DNA of 64,000 bases from an uncultured Opitutaceae bacterium (lineage in GTDB: Bacteria > Verrucomicrobiota > Verrucomicrobiia > Opitutales > Opitutaceae): the NCBI GenBank assembly GCA_937902925.1, contig CALFNN010000080.1, forward strand, positions 1-64,000, read 5' to 3'. Positions 1-8,911 of this stretch are shown here, one piece after another; positions within the stretch are counted from its first letter, which is position 1, and every line of letters starts with the position of its first letter. The position numbers were made by a program, and so were the translations under genes. The notes beneath the pieces are model-generated. The model was given only the letters and a program-made list of their open reading frames with translations. It ran no database searches and was not told where the DNA came from.

Positions 1-855
1 TGCTTGATGATGTCCATCGTGCTCATGGCGAGGCCGGCGCCGTTGACGAGGCAGGCGATGTTGCCGTCGAGCGCGATGTAGTTGAGCGCGTGCCTGGAGG
101 CCTCGATTTCCTTCGGGTCCTCCTCGTTCAGGTCGCGGAGGGCGACGATCTCCGGATGGCGGAACAGCGCGTTGTCGTCGAAGGAAACCTTCGCGTCGAG
201 CGCCAGCACCTCGCCCGTCGGTGTGGTGATGAGCGGGTTGACCTCGACCATCGCCGCATCGGTTTCCCAGAAGCAGGTGTAGAGATTGCGGATGAGCTTG
301 CCGGCGTTCTTCGCCTCGGCGCCGGTGAGACCGAGCTTGAAGATCAGCTCGCGCACCTGGTAGTCGGCGAGGCCGTAGGCGGGATCGACGACGACCTTGG
401 TGATCTTCTCGGGCGTCTCGTGCGCGACCTTCTCGATCTCGACGCCGCCCTCGGTCGAGGCAACGATGACGGGCTTCGACGACGCGCGGTCGAGGAGGAT
501 GGCGAGGTAGTATTCCTTCTTGATGTCGCTCGCGACGGTGAAGTAGACGGTCTGGACCTTGCGGCCGGCGGGGCCGGTCTGGAGCGTGACGAGCGTGTTG
601 CCGAGCATCTTGCCGGCGAGTTCCTTGGCGTCGGCCTTGGTCTTGCAGAATTTCACGCCACCCTTGAAGCCGTCGGTGAACGTGCCCTTGCCGCGGCCGC
701 CGGCGTGGATCTGCGACTTCACCATGGTGGGCCCCTCGGGGAGCTGGGAGAGCGCGTTGATGAACTCCTCCGGCGAAGTTGCGGCGGCGCCCTTGGGGAC
801 CGGCACGCCGAATTTTTCAAAGAGGGCCTTGGCTTGATACTCGTGGATGTTCATC
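1..855 (-). CDS. sucC: succinate--CoA ligase (ADP-forming) beta subunit, N-terminal ~285 aa; gene continues beyond window start
   Basis: Reverse-strand translation from the ATG (complement of cat at 853-855) reads MNIHEYQAKALFEKFGVPVPKG...ATP-grasp fold of SucC. Not in the ORF track because it has no stop in the window. Confidence 0.85.
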
Positions 856-968
856 GGAAAGAAGGACGACCAGTCAGCCATAAACCGGCGGGGTAACGCA
901 CGAAAAAACGGCGGCCGGGACGCGGGGTCCCGGCCGGCCGTGGCAATACGAAGGGTCGCTGATGGCGC

Positions 969-1376
969 CTATGCCAGGTGCTTTTGCAGATCGAGCAGCA
1001 GTTCCTGCTCGGCGGCGGACACGTCGCCATCGGCGGCGAAGATTTTCCGGCAGAGCGCCATGGTGCGGGCCTTGGTGGCGGGCGTCGCGAGGCGTTCGGC
1101 GACCACGGCGAGGAAGTCCGCGCGGGAGGCGGGCGATTCCTTCACCGCGCGGGCGTTGGCGATGGAGCGGGCGGTGAACGCGTCGTAGGAGACGCGCGGG
1201 TCCCAGTTGAACTGGTCGACCGTGCGGGCGATGATCTCGTCCTCCTTGGCCGCGATGCTGTTGTCGGCATACATGCAGTAGAAGAGCAGATCGACCATCG
1301 CTTCGCGCTGGACTTGGGTCAGGCCGTCCTCGCCGAGTTTCGAGGAGCTGAACAGTTTCTTGAAGAGGTTTTTCAT
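969..1376 (-). CDS. TerB-like (tellurite-resistance TerB / DjlA-N-like) domain protein
   Basis: 135 aa ORF with a TerB-like helical pattern (DLLFYCMYADNSIAAKEDEII...AEQELLLDL). Lies 13 nt downstream of the flotillin gene. Confidence 0.55.
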   Translation of the reverse strand: MKNLFKKLFSSSKLGEDGLTQVQREAMVDLLFYCMYADNSIAAKEDEIIARTVDQFNWDPRVSYDAFTARSIANARAVKESPASRADFLAVVAERLATPATKARTMALCRKIFAADGDVSAAEQELLLDLQKHLA

Positions 1377-1388
1377 TGGGACGACAGG

Positions 1389-2906
1389 CTACGCGGAAGG
1401 CTTGTCGGGTTTCACGGCGTTTTTCAAGGCCGGCACCTGCTCGAGGAGTTTTTCGAACTTCACGCCGGTGAGCGCCTCGAGCACGGGCGGGAGCTGCGAG
1501 AGGATGGTGGTGACGTCGCCGGTGAGCTTGCTGGCGCCGCCGCCGGGACCGGAGCCGCCGCTGATGATGACCATCTTCTCCGTCTTCGCGAGCGGCGCGG
1601 AGATCTGGCCGGCGATCTCGGGCAGCGCCCGGACGATGAGCTCGATGATGGCGGCCTGGTTGTATTCCTTGAAGGAGTCGGCCTTCTTGCGCATCGCCTC
1701 GGCGGTCGCGAGGCCCTGCGCCTCGATGACGGTCGCCTCGGCGAGACCGCGCGCCTTGTTGGCGTCGGCCTCGGCGGTGCCGGTGGCCTTGACGACATCG
1801 GCCTGGGCGAAGCCGGTGGCCTTGGTGGCGGAGGCGGCGCCCGCGGCCTCGGTTTCAAGTTGGAATTTACGCGCGGTCGCGAGGGTCTCGACCTTGTAGC
1901 GCTCGGCGTCGGCGGGTTTTTGCACGTTGGCCTCGAGTTCGCGCTGCTTGCGGAGGATTTCCTGCTGCTGCAGCTCGATCTGCTTCTGTTTCTCGATGAT
2001 GCTGACCTGGACTTCCTCCGCCTTGACGAGCTGGTTGGTCTTGAACTTCTGGAGATCGTAGGCGAGTTCGGACTGGGCCTTCTTCTGGTTCACGGACGCG
2101 TTGTAGTCCTGGACATTCATCTGGTAGTCGCGCTGCGCCTCGGCGATTTTCGAATCGGCGGCGAACTTGGCCTCCTGGCCGGCTTGGGAGGCCTGCGCGG
2201 TGCGGATGGCGGCGTCGCGGTCGGCCTCGGCCTGGGCGATCTGCGCGTCGCGCTTGACCTGCGCGATGCGCGGCTTGCCGAGGGCGTCGAGGTAACCCTG
2301 CGTATCGCGGATGTCGCGGATGGTGAAGCTGACGATGCTGAGGCCCATGTTGGCCATGTCGCCGGCGGCGACTTCCTGGACCTTCGAGGCGAACGCGTCG
2401 CGGTTCTGGTAGATCTCCTCGACGGTCATCGTGCCGAGGATGGCGCGCAGGTGGCCCTCGAGGGTCTGCATCGCGATGTTCTTGATGTCGTCGACGCCCT
2501 TGCTGAGGAACTGCTCGGCGGCGGTGGCGATGGAGATGTCGTCGCCCTTGACCTTGATCTGCGCGACGCCATCGACCTTCACCGGCACGCCCTTGCTCGT
2601 ATAGACCTCGGGCGTCTGCACGTCGATGGTGAGGAGCTCGAGCGAGAGGATGTCGGCCTTCTCGACAACGGGGATGATAAACGTGCCGCCGCCCTTCACG
2701 ACGCGGAAGCCGCGGATCGAGCCCTTGCCGTCGGCGCCGACGATCCGGTGCTGGCGCCCGGAGACGATCAGCACCTCGTTGGGGCCGACCTTGGTGTAGC
2801 GGCTGGCCCAAACGATGAGCAGGAAGAATACGACAATGACGATGCCGACGACGGCGATGGCGCCGATGCCGAAGCCGCCGAGTTGAGCGAGGAGTGCAGG
2901 GTTCAT
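1389..2906 (-). CDS. flotillin-like SPFH/band-7 protein (YqiK/FloT type)
   Basis: N-terminal TM helix, SPFH domain (GGGTFIIPVVEKADILSLELLTIDVQTPEVYTSKGVPV), long EA-rich coiled-coil flotillin repeats. Start trimmed to the internal Met (MNPALLAQ); the upstream 39 codons of the ORF are Arg/Ser-rich run-on. Confidence 0.85.
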   Translation of the reverse strand: MNPALLAQLGGFGIGAIAVVGIVIVVFFLLIVWASRYTKVGPNEVLIVSGRQHRIVGADGKGSIRGFRVVKGGGTFIIPVVEKADILSLELLTIDVQTPEVYTSKGVPVKVDGVAQIKVKGDDISIATAAEQFLSKGVDDIKNIAMQTLEGHLRAILGTMTVEEIYQNRDAFASKVQEVAAGDMANMGLSIVSFTIRDIRDTQGYLDALGKPRIAQVKRDAQIAQAEADRDAAIRTAQASQAGQEAKFAADSKIAEAQRDYQMNVQDYNASVNQKKAQSELAYDLQKFKTNQLVKAEEVQVSIIEKQKQIELQQQEILRKQRELEANVQKPADAERYKVETLATARKFQLETEAAGAASATKATGFAQADVVKATGTAEADANKARGLAEATVIEAQGLATAEAMRKKADSFKEYNQAAIIELIVRALPEIAGQISAPLAKTEKMVIISGGSGPGGGASKLTGDVTTILSQLPPVLEALTGVKFEKLLEQVPALKNAVKPDKPSA

Positions 2907-2943
2907 GATAGGGTTAAGCTGGAGGGTTGAAAATCGCAGGGCG

Positions 2944-4323
2944 TCAGTCGGCCGTGACGTAGAATTGCGAGCCGACGACGCGCGTGATGCGGACCGCGCC
3001 GCCGTTGGGATGGGCTGCACCATCGTCGGCGCGGGCGGGCGCGGAGTAGCGCGTCCCGGATTGGACGTAGGCGATCTCGCCGACGCCGTCGGCAGCGATG
3101 GGCGTGATGACGGTGGCGTTGCAGCCGATCACATCGGCGATGCGGCCCTCGCTCGACGCCTGGGTGTTCCGGAAGATCGTCCGAAAAAGCCAAAAAACGC
3201 CCGCCGCGACCGCGAAGCCGCTCAGCGCGGCCAGTGGCGCGCTGACCCACGGGCTGCGGGTGGCATCGATCTCCGCGTAGATCATCCCGAAGCCGCCGAA
3301 CGAGGTGATGAACGTCGCGATGGTCGTCGGGCTCAGCGGCGCGAAGCCCGGCATGTCGCTGGCGCCGCCCCCGCCCTCGGCGTGGCCCTGGGCGTGACCA
3401 CCGCCGCCGTGCCCGGTATCAATGCTGTGCGCGATGTCGCCGTGCCCGCCGAGGACGTGGGCGCCGAGCGCGCTGATCAGCGTGAAGAGCAAGCCGACGC
3501 CGAAACACACGGAGTAGACAAGGAACGCCGTGGTCCCGGTCTGGGCGTCGACCTCCGCGGTGGCGAAACCCGCCGCACCGACACCGGCGAGCGAGAAGAC
3601 GCCCGACGGGACCTTGTTCATCGCGAAAAAATTGGAGAACTTCGCGCAGATGCCCGCGCCTCCGCCCATCGTGGCGGAGTGGGCGAGCGCGCCGCCGGCG
3701 AGCGCGGCGGCGAGGCCGGCGGGCGGCGCCGCGACGGCCTGCGTGGAGATCGCGAGGCCCAGGGCGGCGGCGGTGGACGTAACGCCCTTCTGCGCGAGCG
3801 CCTGCCGGAGTTTTTCGAGCGCACGCTCGGCCCGCATGCGCGCGGAGCTCTCGCCGATGCCGAGTTTTTTGCCCATCTCGGCGAAGGGCTGATCCTCGAA
3901 GTAGCGCATCAAGATGGGCGTGCGGTCGTGTTCGGCGAGATTGCAGAGCGCCGAATCCAGCAGCGGCCGGAGTTGTTCCCAGTCGGCCTCGTGGGCGGAG
4001 TCCCGTTCGATTTCTTCCATGGTGTGTGCCTCCTGTTCGCGGGCGGTGCGGCGCCGGCGTTCGCGCAGCGCCTTGAGCGCCGCAAACCGGGTGCTGGTGT
4101 AAAGCCAGCTCGTCAACACCGGCCGGTCGGCCAGCTCGCCCGCCTTGCGGGCGAGGTCGATGAAGACGCCCTGGCTGACATCCTGCGCGAGCAGCATGTC
4201 GCCGCCGACCTGACGCAGGGCGGCGGAATAAACGAGCCCCGCCTTGCGCCGAACGAGTTCGGTGAAGGCCGCTTCCGACCGCTCGCGAGCGTAGCGGCGG
4301 AGGAGTTCGGAGTCGTCGTTCAT
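2944..4323 (-). CDS. ECF sigma-70 factor (regions 2 and 4) fused through multi-TM segments to a C-terminal NfeD-like OB-fold domain
   Basis: Single uninterrupted frame. aa 1-190 carry sigma region 2 (LVYSAALRQVGGDMLLAQDVSQGVFIDL) and region 4 HTH (QPFAEMGKKLGIGESSARMRAERALEKL). Then 3-4 hydrophobic helices and a His/Gly-rich loop, then a YuaF/NfeD-type beta-barrel (GRIADVIGCNATVITPIAADGVGEIAYVQSGTRYSAPARA...VRITRVVGSQFYV). Start placed at MNDDSELLRRY (cat at 4321-4323). Confidence 0.7.
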   Translation of the reverse strand: MNDDSELLRRYARERSEAAFTELVRRKAGLVYSAALRQVGGDMLLAQDVSQGVFIDLARKAGELADRPVLTSWLYTSTRFAALKALRERRRRTAREQEAHTMEEIERDSAHEADWEQLRPLLDSALCNLAEHDRTPILMRYFEDQPFAEMGKKLGIGESSARMRAERALEKLRQALAQKGVTSTAAALGLAISTQAVAAPPAGLAAALAGGALAHSATMGGGAGICAKFSNFFAMNKVPSGVFSLAGVGAAGFATAEVDAQTGTTAFLVYSVCFGVGLLFTLISALGAHVLGGHGDIAHSIDTGHGGGGHAQGHAEGGGGASDMPGFAPLSPTTIATFITSFGGFGMIYAEIDATRSPWVSAPLAALSGFAVAAGVFWLFRTIFRNTQASSEGRIADVIGCNATVITPIAADGVGEIAYVQSGTRYSAPARADDGAAHPNGGAVRITRVVGSQFYVTAD

Positions 4324-4622
4324 CGCAGGGTTACACCCGCCGCGGAGGCAAATGGCACACGAGCCGGGTGATATTCGGAAAACCCCCGGGGCCGGGAGGC
4401 GGTGTCGAACCGGGATGCCGCCAGTCCAAGCCGGGCGGACCGGGGGCGGATCGGACGGGGGAGCGGAGGGTTCATCGGACGCCACGCATGGAAGCAGGTC
4501 CGCCGGATTAAATCACTTATAATGTCGCCGGAAATTCCCAGCGCCGCAGCGATCTTGCAAAAGCCGCGCCGCCACCGCCGCGGCTTGCCAAGCCGTGGGC
4601 GACTCCGCACGCTGCCGCCACC

Positions 4623-5093
4623 ATGGATTCCCACGAGGTGATGAGGGACGTGTTGAAGAAGACCAGCGCGAAGCAAATCGCCGCCGAGATGGGCCTGTCG
4701 CTGTCGTTGATCTACAAATGGGCGGAGCCGCCCGTGGATGAAAGCGGCAGCGGCACCGGCAGTCCGCTCGACCGCGTGGGCCAGCTCATCCGCATTTCCC
4801 GCGATGTGCGCGTGGCGCAGTGGGTGTGCGAGCAGGCCGGCGGATTCTACATCCGGAATCCGAAGAACCTGCCGACGGGCCAGCCGCTGATCCCGATGAC
4901 CAACGACATCGTGCACGAGTTCGCCGACATGCTGGCGACCATCGCCACGTCCTCGGCGGACAACGTGATCACGCAGGAGGAGGCGGAAAAAATCCGCGCG
5001 CGCTGGGAGGAATTGAAGAGCGTGACGGAAGGATTCGTCACCGCGGCGGAGAGCGGAAATTTCGGGGCGACGAAGGAGCTGGAGAAAAAATAG
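4623..5093 (+). CDS. hypothetical HTH domain protein, divergently transcribed from the sigma-NfeD gene
   Basis: 156 aa with an HTH-like segment KQIAAEMGLSLSLIYKWAE. No confident family assignment. Confidence 0.5.
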   Translation: MDSHEVMRDVLKKTSAKQIAAEMGLSLSLIYKWAEPPVDESGSGTGSPLDRVGQLIRISRDVRVAQWVCEQAGGFYIRNPKNLPTGQPLIPMTNDIVHEFADMLATIATSSADNVITQEEAEKIRARWEELKSVTEGFVTAAESGNFGATKELEKK

Positions 5094-5160
5094 GCCCGAC
5101 GGCGCCGGCCGGCCGGCGCCGGAACGTTGCGGCCATGCGGACCGCGGTCGCCTCCCTCTC

Positions 5161-5790
5161 ATGAATCCATCGTTTGACGCCGCGTTTTGGAACGACCGCT
5201 ACGGCGGCGACGGTTATGTCTACGGCACATCGCCCAACGAATTTCTCGCGTCGGTCGCGGCGGATGTTCCCGCCGGTCCCGTGCTCTGCCTCGCCGAGGG
5301 CGAGGGGCGTAACGCGACTTTTCTCGCCGGACGCGGTCATGCGGTGACCGCCGTCGACCAGTCGTCGGCCGGCCTCGCGAAGGCCGGCGCGCTCGCGCGG
5401 GGGCGCGGCGTGCCGCTCGCGACCGTCGTGGCCGACCTCGCGGATTTTGCGATCGCGCCGCAGGCGTGGTCGGGCGTCGTGGCGATCTTCATGCACCTGC
5501 CGCCGGCACTGCGTCGGGCCGTGCTCGCGCGCGCGGCGGCCGGGCTCCGGCCGGGCGGCGTGTTCGTGATGGAGGCCTATACGCCCGCGCAACCCGCCTA
5601 CGGCACTGGCGGCCCGCGCGACGTCACCCTTTTACCGACACTGGCGGAGCTCCAGGCGGAACTCGGCGACTTGGAGTGGCTGGTCGCCCGCGAACTCGTG
5701 CGTGACGTGCGGGAAGGCGGCGGTCACACCGGCAACTCCGCCGTCGTGCAGGTGCTCGCCCGTCGGCCGACGAGCGTCGACCGGCGCTAA
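5161..5790 (+). CDS. class I SAM-dependent methyltransferase (TehB/TPMT-like)
   Basis: Motif I VLCLAEGEGRNATFLAGRGHAVTAVDQS and post-I acidic residue; typical ~200 aa small-molecule methyltransferase. Confidence 0.8.
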   Translation: MNPSFDAAFWNDRYGGDGYVYGTSPNEFLASVAADVPAGPVLCLAEGEGRNATFLAGRGHAVTAVDQSSAGLAKAGALARGRGVPLATVVADLADFAIAPQAWSGVVAIFMHLPPALRRAVLARAAAGLRPGGVFVMEAYTPAQPAYGTGGPRDVTLLPTLAELQAELGDLEWLVARELVRDVREGGGHTGNSAVVQVLARRPTSVDRR

Positions 5791-6410
5791 GGTTCGTCGT
5801 CCGCGATCTCCGGCGGCTTGATGGCGGTGAGCAGGCGAGCGAGTTCGGCCGGCGTGGGATTGCGGATGGAGCGCACGGTGAGGATGGATTCGCCGGCAGG
5901 AAGCCTGACTTGGTTGGACGCGCCGACTGCGAGGCCGAGCGTGGCGGTGGCGAGCGGGGAATTGTGGGGCAGGCATTCGATGCCCGATTCGGGATCGGTG
6001 GCAGTCTCGCCGTGCGTGGTCACGAGAAACGTGAACCGGTGTTTTCGCTTCGTCGCGACGTCCACCTTTTCGATCGTGGTCACGTGCCCGAGCTGGAGGG
6101 TATCGGTCGGCTTCGTTAGCCACGAGGCGGGATCGACCTCGATGAACGTGTTGCGGGCGACGAAGCGGTCGAGCGCGGTCATCTTGCGGTCGACGGCGCG
6201 GATCGCGTCCTTGGCGGCCTTGAAGCCGAAGTTCTCGCGCAAATCGCCCTGGCTGTGCGCCTCGACCTTGTCCGCGACGAGGCCGACGCGCTTGACCTTG
6301 AGCGCCTCGAATTCCTCGGCCAGCACGCGGTTGTAGCCCGGCCGCACGTAGATCGTGGTGGGAGCGGGCGGGGGGATGCGGAAGATGCGTTTGCGGGCGA
6401 GAGGCATGCG
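5787..6410 (-). CDS. GreA/GreB-family transcription elongation factor
   Basis: N-terminal coiled-coil with DLRENFGFKAAKD (GreA DLSENAEY-like) and C-terminal FKBP-like domain VQLGHVTTIEKVDVATKRKHRFTFLVTTHGE...LGLAVGASNQVRLPAGESILTVRSI. Start uncertain; 6410 or 6449. Confidence 0.7.
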   Translation of the reverse strand, partial: RMPLARKRIFRIPPPAPTTIYVRPGYNRVLAEEFEALKVKRVGLVADKVEAHSQGDLRENFGFKAAKDAIRAVDRKMTALDRFVARNTFIEVDPASWLTKPTDTLQLGHVTTIEKVDVATKRKHRFTFLVTTHGETATDPESGIECLPHNSPLATATLGLAVGASNQVRLPAGESILTVRSIRNPTPAELARLLTAIKPPEIADDEP

Positions 6411-6565
6411 ATGCGGAGCCAACGAAACGCCCCCGAAAGTGAAAGGCAATCCGGTGGTGTCCCGCAGGGCTCGAGGTGGGGCCGCTTCTCCGAAGCGGCC
6501 TGGATTGAAGCCGCCGCTTGACGCACCAACCGGTTGATTTCACTTAACGCGGGTCCTCCTTTCCC

Positions 6566-6919
6566 ATGCCGGCCAAACATCGCATTTTCACGACGAGCGT
6601 CGCGAGGGTCTATCCCTACTACCTCGCCAAGGCGGAAAAAAAGGGGCGGAAGAAAGCGGAAGTGGATGCCGTGATTTGCTGGCTGACCGGTTACACGCCG
6701 CGGCAATTGGGGGGCGAGTTGAGGAAGCAAACCGACTTCGAGACCTTCTTCCGCGAAGCGCCCAAGCCGAATCCGGCACGGAAGTCGATCACCGGGACAA
6801 TCTGCGGCGTCCGCGTGGAAGACATCGAGGAGCCGACGATGCGGGAGATCCGTTACCTCGACAAACTGGTCGACGAACTGGCCAAGGGGAAGCCGATGGA
6901 AAAGATTTTGCGGACGTGA
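6566..6919 (+). CDS. DUF2200 family protein
   Basis: [43 protein letters not shown] matches the conserved DUF2200 N-terminus. Confidence 0.75.
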   Translation: MPAKHRIFTTSVARVYPYYLAKAEKKGRKKAEVDAVICWLTGYTPRQLGGELRKQTDFETFFREAPKPNPARKSITGTICGVRVEDIEEPTMREIRYLDKLVDELAKGKPMEKILRT

Positions 6920-7152
6920 CGGCCGTGCTCCGGCTGAGGGCTGAAGTCAGGCGGCGGTGCTGCGGCAGATTCGAAAGTGGGGCCCGCTCTCCCGGCGGCC
7001 TGGGTTCCAACGAATTCGCGTGAAGAACCGTCGAGGCGGCCTGGGTTTTAGGATGGTTCGCCGAAGGAGCGGGCGGGCCGTAGCGCGAGCAGAGAGGGGT
7101 TGCACTCGTCTCCGCGGTTGGTCTTTAAGGATCGCCTCTACTTCGCACGACC

Positions 7153-7734
7153 ATGGCGACTTCCGATTCCCGTGTAACGCTTCACATGGTGGCGAGCCTC
7201 GACGGCTTCATCGCGCGCAAGGATGGGCGCGTCGACTGGCTCGAGACCGCCGACGAATTCGTCGGCGGGGAGACGATGGCCTCGGGAGCGGTCGAGGCGT
7301 TTCTCAAGACGATCGACTGCTACGTGATGGGCTCGCGCACCTACGAGGTGGCGCTGAACTTCGCCGCCCAGGGGCTGGGCTGGGCATATGGCGAGAAGCC
7401 CACCTTCGTCCTCACCCGGCGCACCTTGCGGCGGTCGCGCGAGACGGTGGAGTTTTGCGCAGGCGATCTCGCGGCGCTCATGACGGAACGCCTGCGGCCC
7501 CGTTTCCGCTCCATCTGGGTGGTCGGCGGCGGGGCCGTCGCCGCTGAATGCCTCCGGCGCGGGCTCGTGGACGAAGTCCGCTACTCGATCATGCCCGTCC
7601 TGATCGGCGAGGGGATTCCCTTCTTCGGCAACCTCGACCGCGATCTCGCCCTCCACCTGGTCGAGGTCAAGGGTTACCAGACCGGCATGGTGGGGTTGCG
7701 CTACGAGGTGAAGTTGCCGCCGGGCCGCCTTTGA
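7153..7734 (+). CDS. dihydrofolate reductase-family protein (RibD C-terminal domain, YwjB-like)
   Basis: RVTLHMVASLDGFIARKDG...CYVMGSRTYEV...IWVVGGGAVAAECLRRGLVDEVRYSIMPVLIGEGIPFF is the RibD_C/DHFR-like fold. Confidence 0.8.
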   Translation: MATSDSRVTLHMVASLDGFIARKDGRVDWLETADEFVGGETMASGAVEAFLKTIDCYVMGSRTYEVALNFAAQGLGWAYGEKPTFVLTRRTLRRSRETVEFCAGDLAALMTERLRPRFRSIWVVGGGAVAAECLRRGLVDEVRYSIMPVLIGEGIPFFGNLDRDLALHLVEVKGYQTGMVGLRYEVKLPPGRL

Positions 7735-7852
7735 CGGTTGCGAGCGACCGCCCGGCTCCGCCAAGGTCGGCCCGAGGGTGGCGTTGCGCTGCGAATATCT
7801 AAAGGATCGGATTTCCGACTGGTGGGGCTCGTTGTTCGTCACGAGGCAGCCG

Positions 7853-8160
7853 TCACTGCTCTTTCGCGCCGCCGTCGTAGCGGATGGCGTGGCCGACGGC
7901 GAGCAGGGAGTTGTTTAGGAAGGCGAAGCCTTCCGGGTGAGAGGTGATGGGTGACGGGTGATGGGCTTCATCCTGACCTTTGGCCTCAGACCCCTGACCT
8001 ATGGCCTGGCGGATGAACGCATCCGCCAAATACCAATCATATTTGTCGGGCTTCGTGGTGCAGACGATCACTTCGTCGCCGGGTCTGAGGAGGGCATCGA
8101 CAAAAGCCTTGGCGTCGCGGCGGGCGGCGGTGGTTGCGGGCCGGCAGTCTTACGGGCCGA
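7853..8160 (-). pseudogene. 3'-terminal remnant (duplicate) of the DUF1016_N-thermonuclease gene
   Basis: ~300 bp is ~90% identical to 8912-9217. The 72-aa ORF MIVCTTKPDKYDWYLADAFIRQAIGQGSEAKGQDEAHHPSPITSHPEGFAFLNN... mirrors the C-terminus of the full gene at 8912-9973. No N-terminal part is present. Confidence 0.65.
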
Positions 8161-8587
8161 TGTTCAGCCGCAGCGTGGTGGCGAGCCTGCGTTGGTTCGC
8201 ATCGAACGACAGAAAGGTCGTCGCTTTCAGCAGCCTCGCGGTGGCGACGTGCAGAATATCGAAGGAGCGGTGCCCGCCGCTCACGGTATGAAGCTCGGAC
8301 AAGCGCGCCGCCTCGGTTACAATGCCCGCCAAATCGCAGGAGGCCGGCTGCAGATGGCCGCTTTTAAGATCGGCCTCGACTGCGGCCAGTGAGGCCCGCG
8401 CGTCGGCAGGGGAGATGGCTTTGCGAAAGGCGGCGAAACGAATCGCGTTGCCCAGTTCGTAACGGCCAAGCGCGGTGACCGTGATCGGCAGTTGGGCCTG
8501 CTGCACCCAATTTTTGGCCGCCGGCGTGTGCGCGTCGTTGCCAAACAGCGAAAAGAGAAAACTCGTGTCGGCGACGGCGGCAGCCAT
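8150..8587 (-). CDS. vapC: PIN-domain toxin VapC
   Basis: MAAAVADTSFLFSLF...D at N-terminus, conserved acidic PIN residues, 145 aa. Start 1 nt after the antitoxin stop. Confidence 0.8.
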   Translation of the reverse strand: MAAAVADTSFLFSLFGNDAHTPAAKNWVQQAQLPITVTALGRYELGNAIRFAAFRKAISPADARASLAAVEADLKSGHLQPASCDLAGIVTEAARLSELHTVSGGHRSFDILHVATARLLKATTFLSFDANQRRLATTLRLNIGP

Positions 8588-8588
8588 G

Positions 8589-8834
8589 TCAGGAGCCCTG
8601 ACTGTCGGCCAGGAGCGCGCCGCTTTCGTCCGCCGTCAGGGTGGTGGCCCAGGCCCGGCGGCTGAGCGCGGCACTCTGCGACCAATCCACCTGCGTCGGT
8701 CTCGCCGCGGAAGGCGGAACGACCTTCGCCACGATTTTGCCCCGGCGCGTCACGTCGACTTCCTCGCCTTTGGCCACCCACTTGAGCACCTTGGAATAAT
8801 TGTTCCGCAGCTCGCGCACCGTTGTCGTTCTCAT
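8589..8834 (-). CDS. Phd/YefM-family antitoxin
   Basis: MRTTTVRELRNNYSKVLKWVAKGEEVDVTRRGKIVAKVVPP is a canonical Phd/YefM N-terminus. Start trimmed from the GTG-initiated ORF to the internal ATG. Confidence 0.75.
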   Translation of the reverse strand: MRTTTVRELRNNYSKVLKWVAKGEEVDVTRRGKIVAKVVPPSAARPTQVDWSQSAALSRRAWATTLTADESGALLADSQGS

Positions 8835-8911
8835 GTGCGACACAGTGTAGCACATCGCGGTCATGTCAATCGGGGAGGCGTCGGGCGACAGGGTCGGCGG
8901 AAGCGTGGCCT

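Noticed and set aside
978-2930. 650-aa plus-strand ORF and similar long plus-strand ORFs (16956-19673, 31616-35530, 41805-44792, 48542-49891, 49895-52378, 36451-38064, 59312-62167)
   Set aside because: Translations are Arg/Gly/Asp/Ala low-complexity with no domain-like patterns, and the opposite strand encodes well-conserved proteins. Typical antisense open frames of high-GC DNA.
5100-5130. GC-only palindrome ggcgccggccggccggcgcc after the HTH gene as a terminator
   Set aside because: Perfect 20-nt palindrome but no downstream T-run; not distinguishable from chance GC palindromes, so not listed as a terminator.
6930-7150. Possible tRNA or small RNA in the DUF2200-DHFR intergenic region
   Set aside because: No cloverleaf-compatible acceptor/T-arm (no GGTTCGAAT-like T-loop with matching acceptor stem) could be traced. 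No tRNA or rRNA claimed anywhere in the window.
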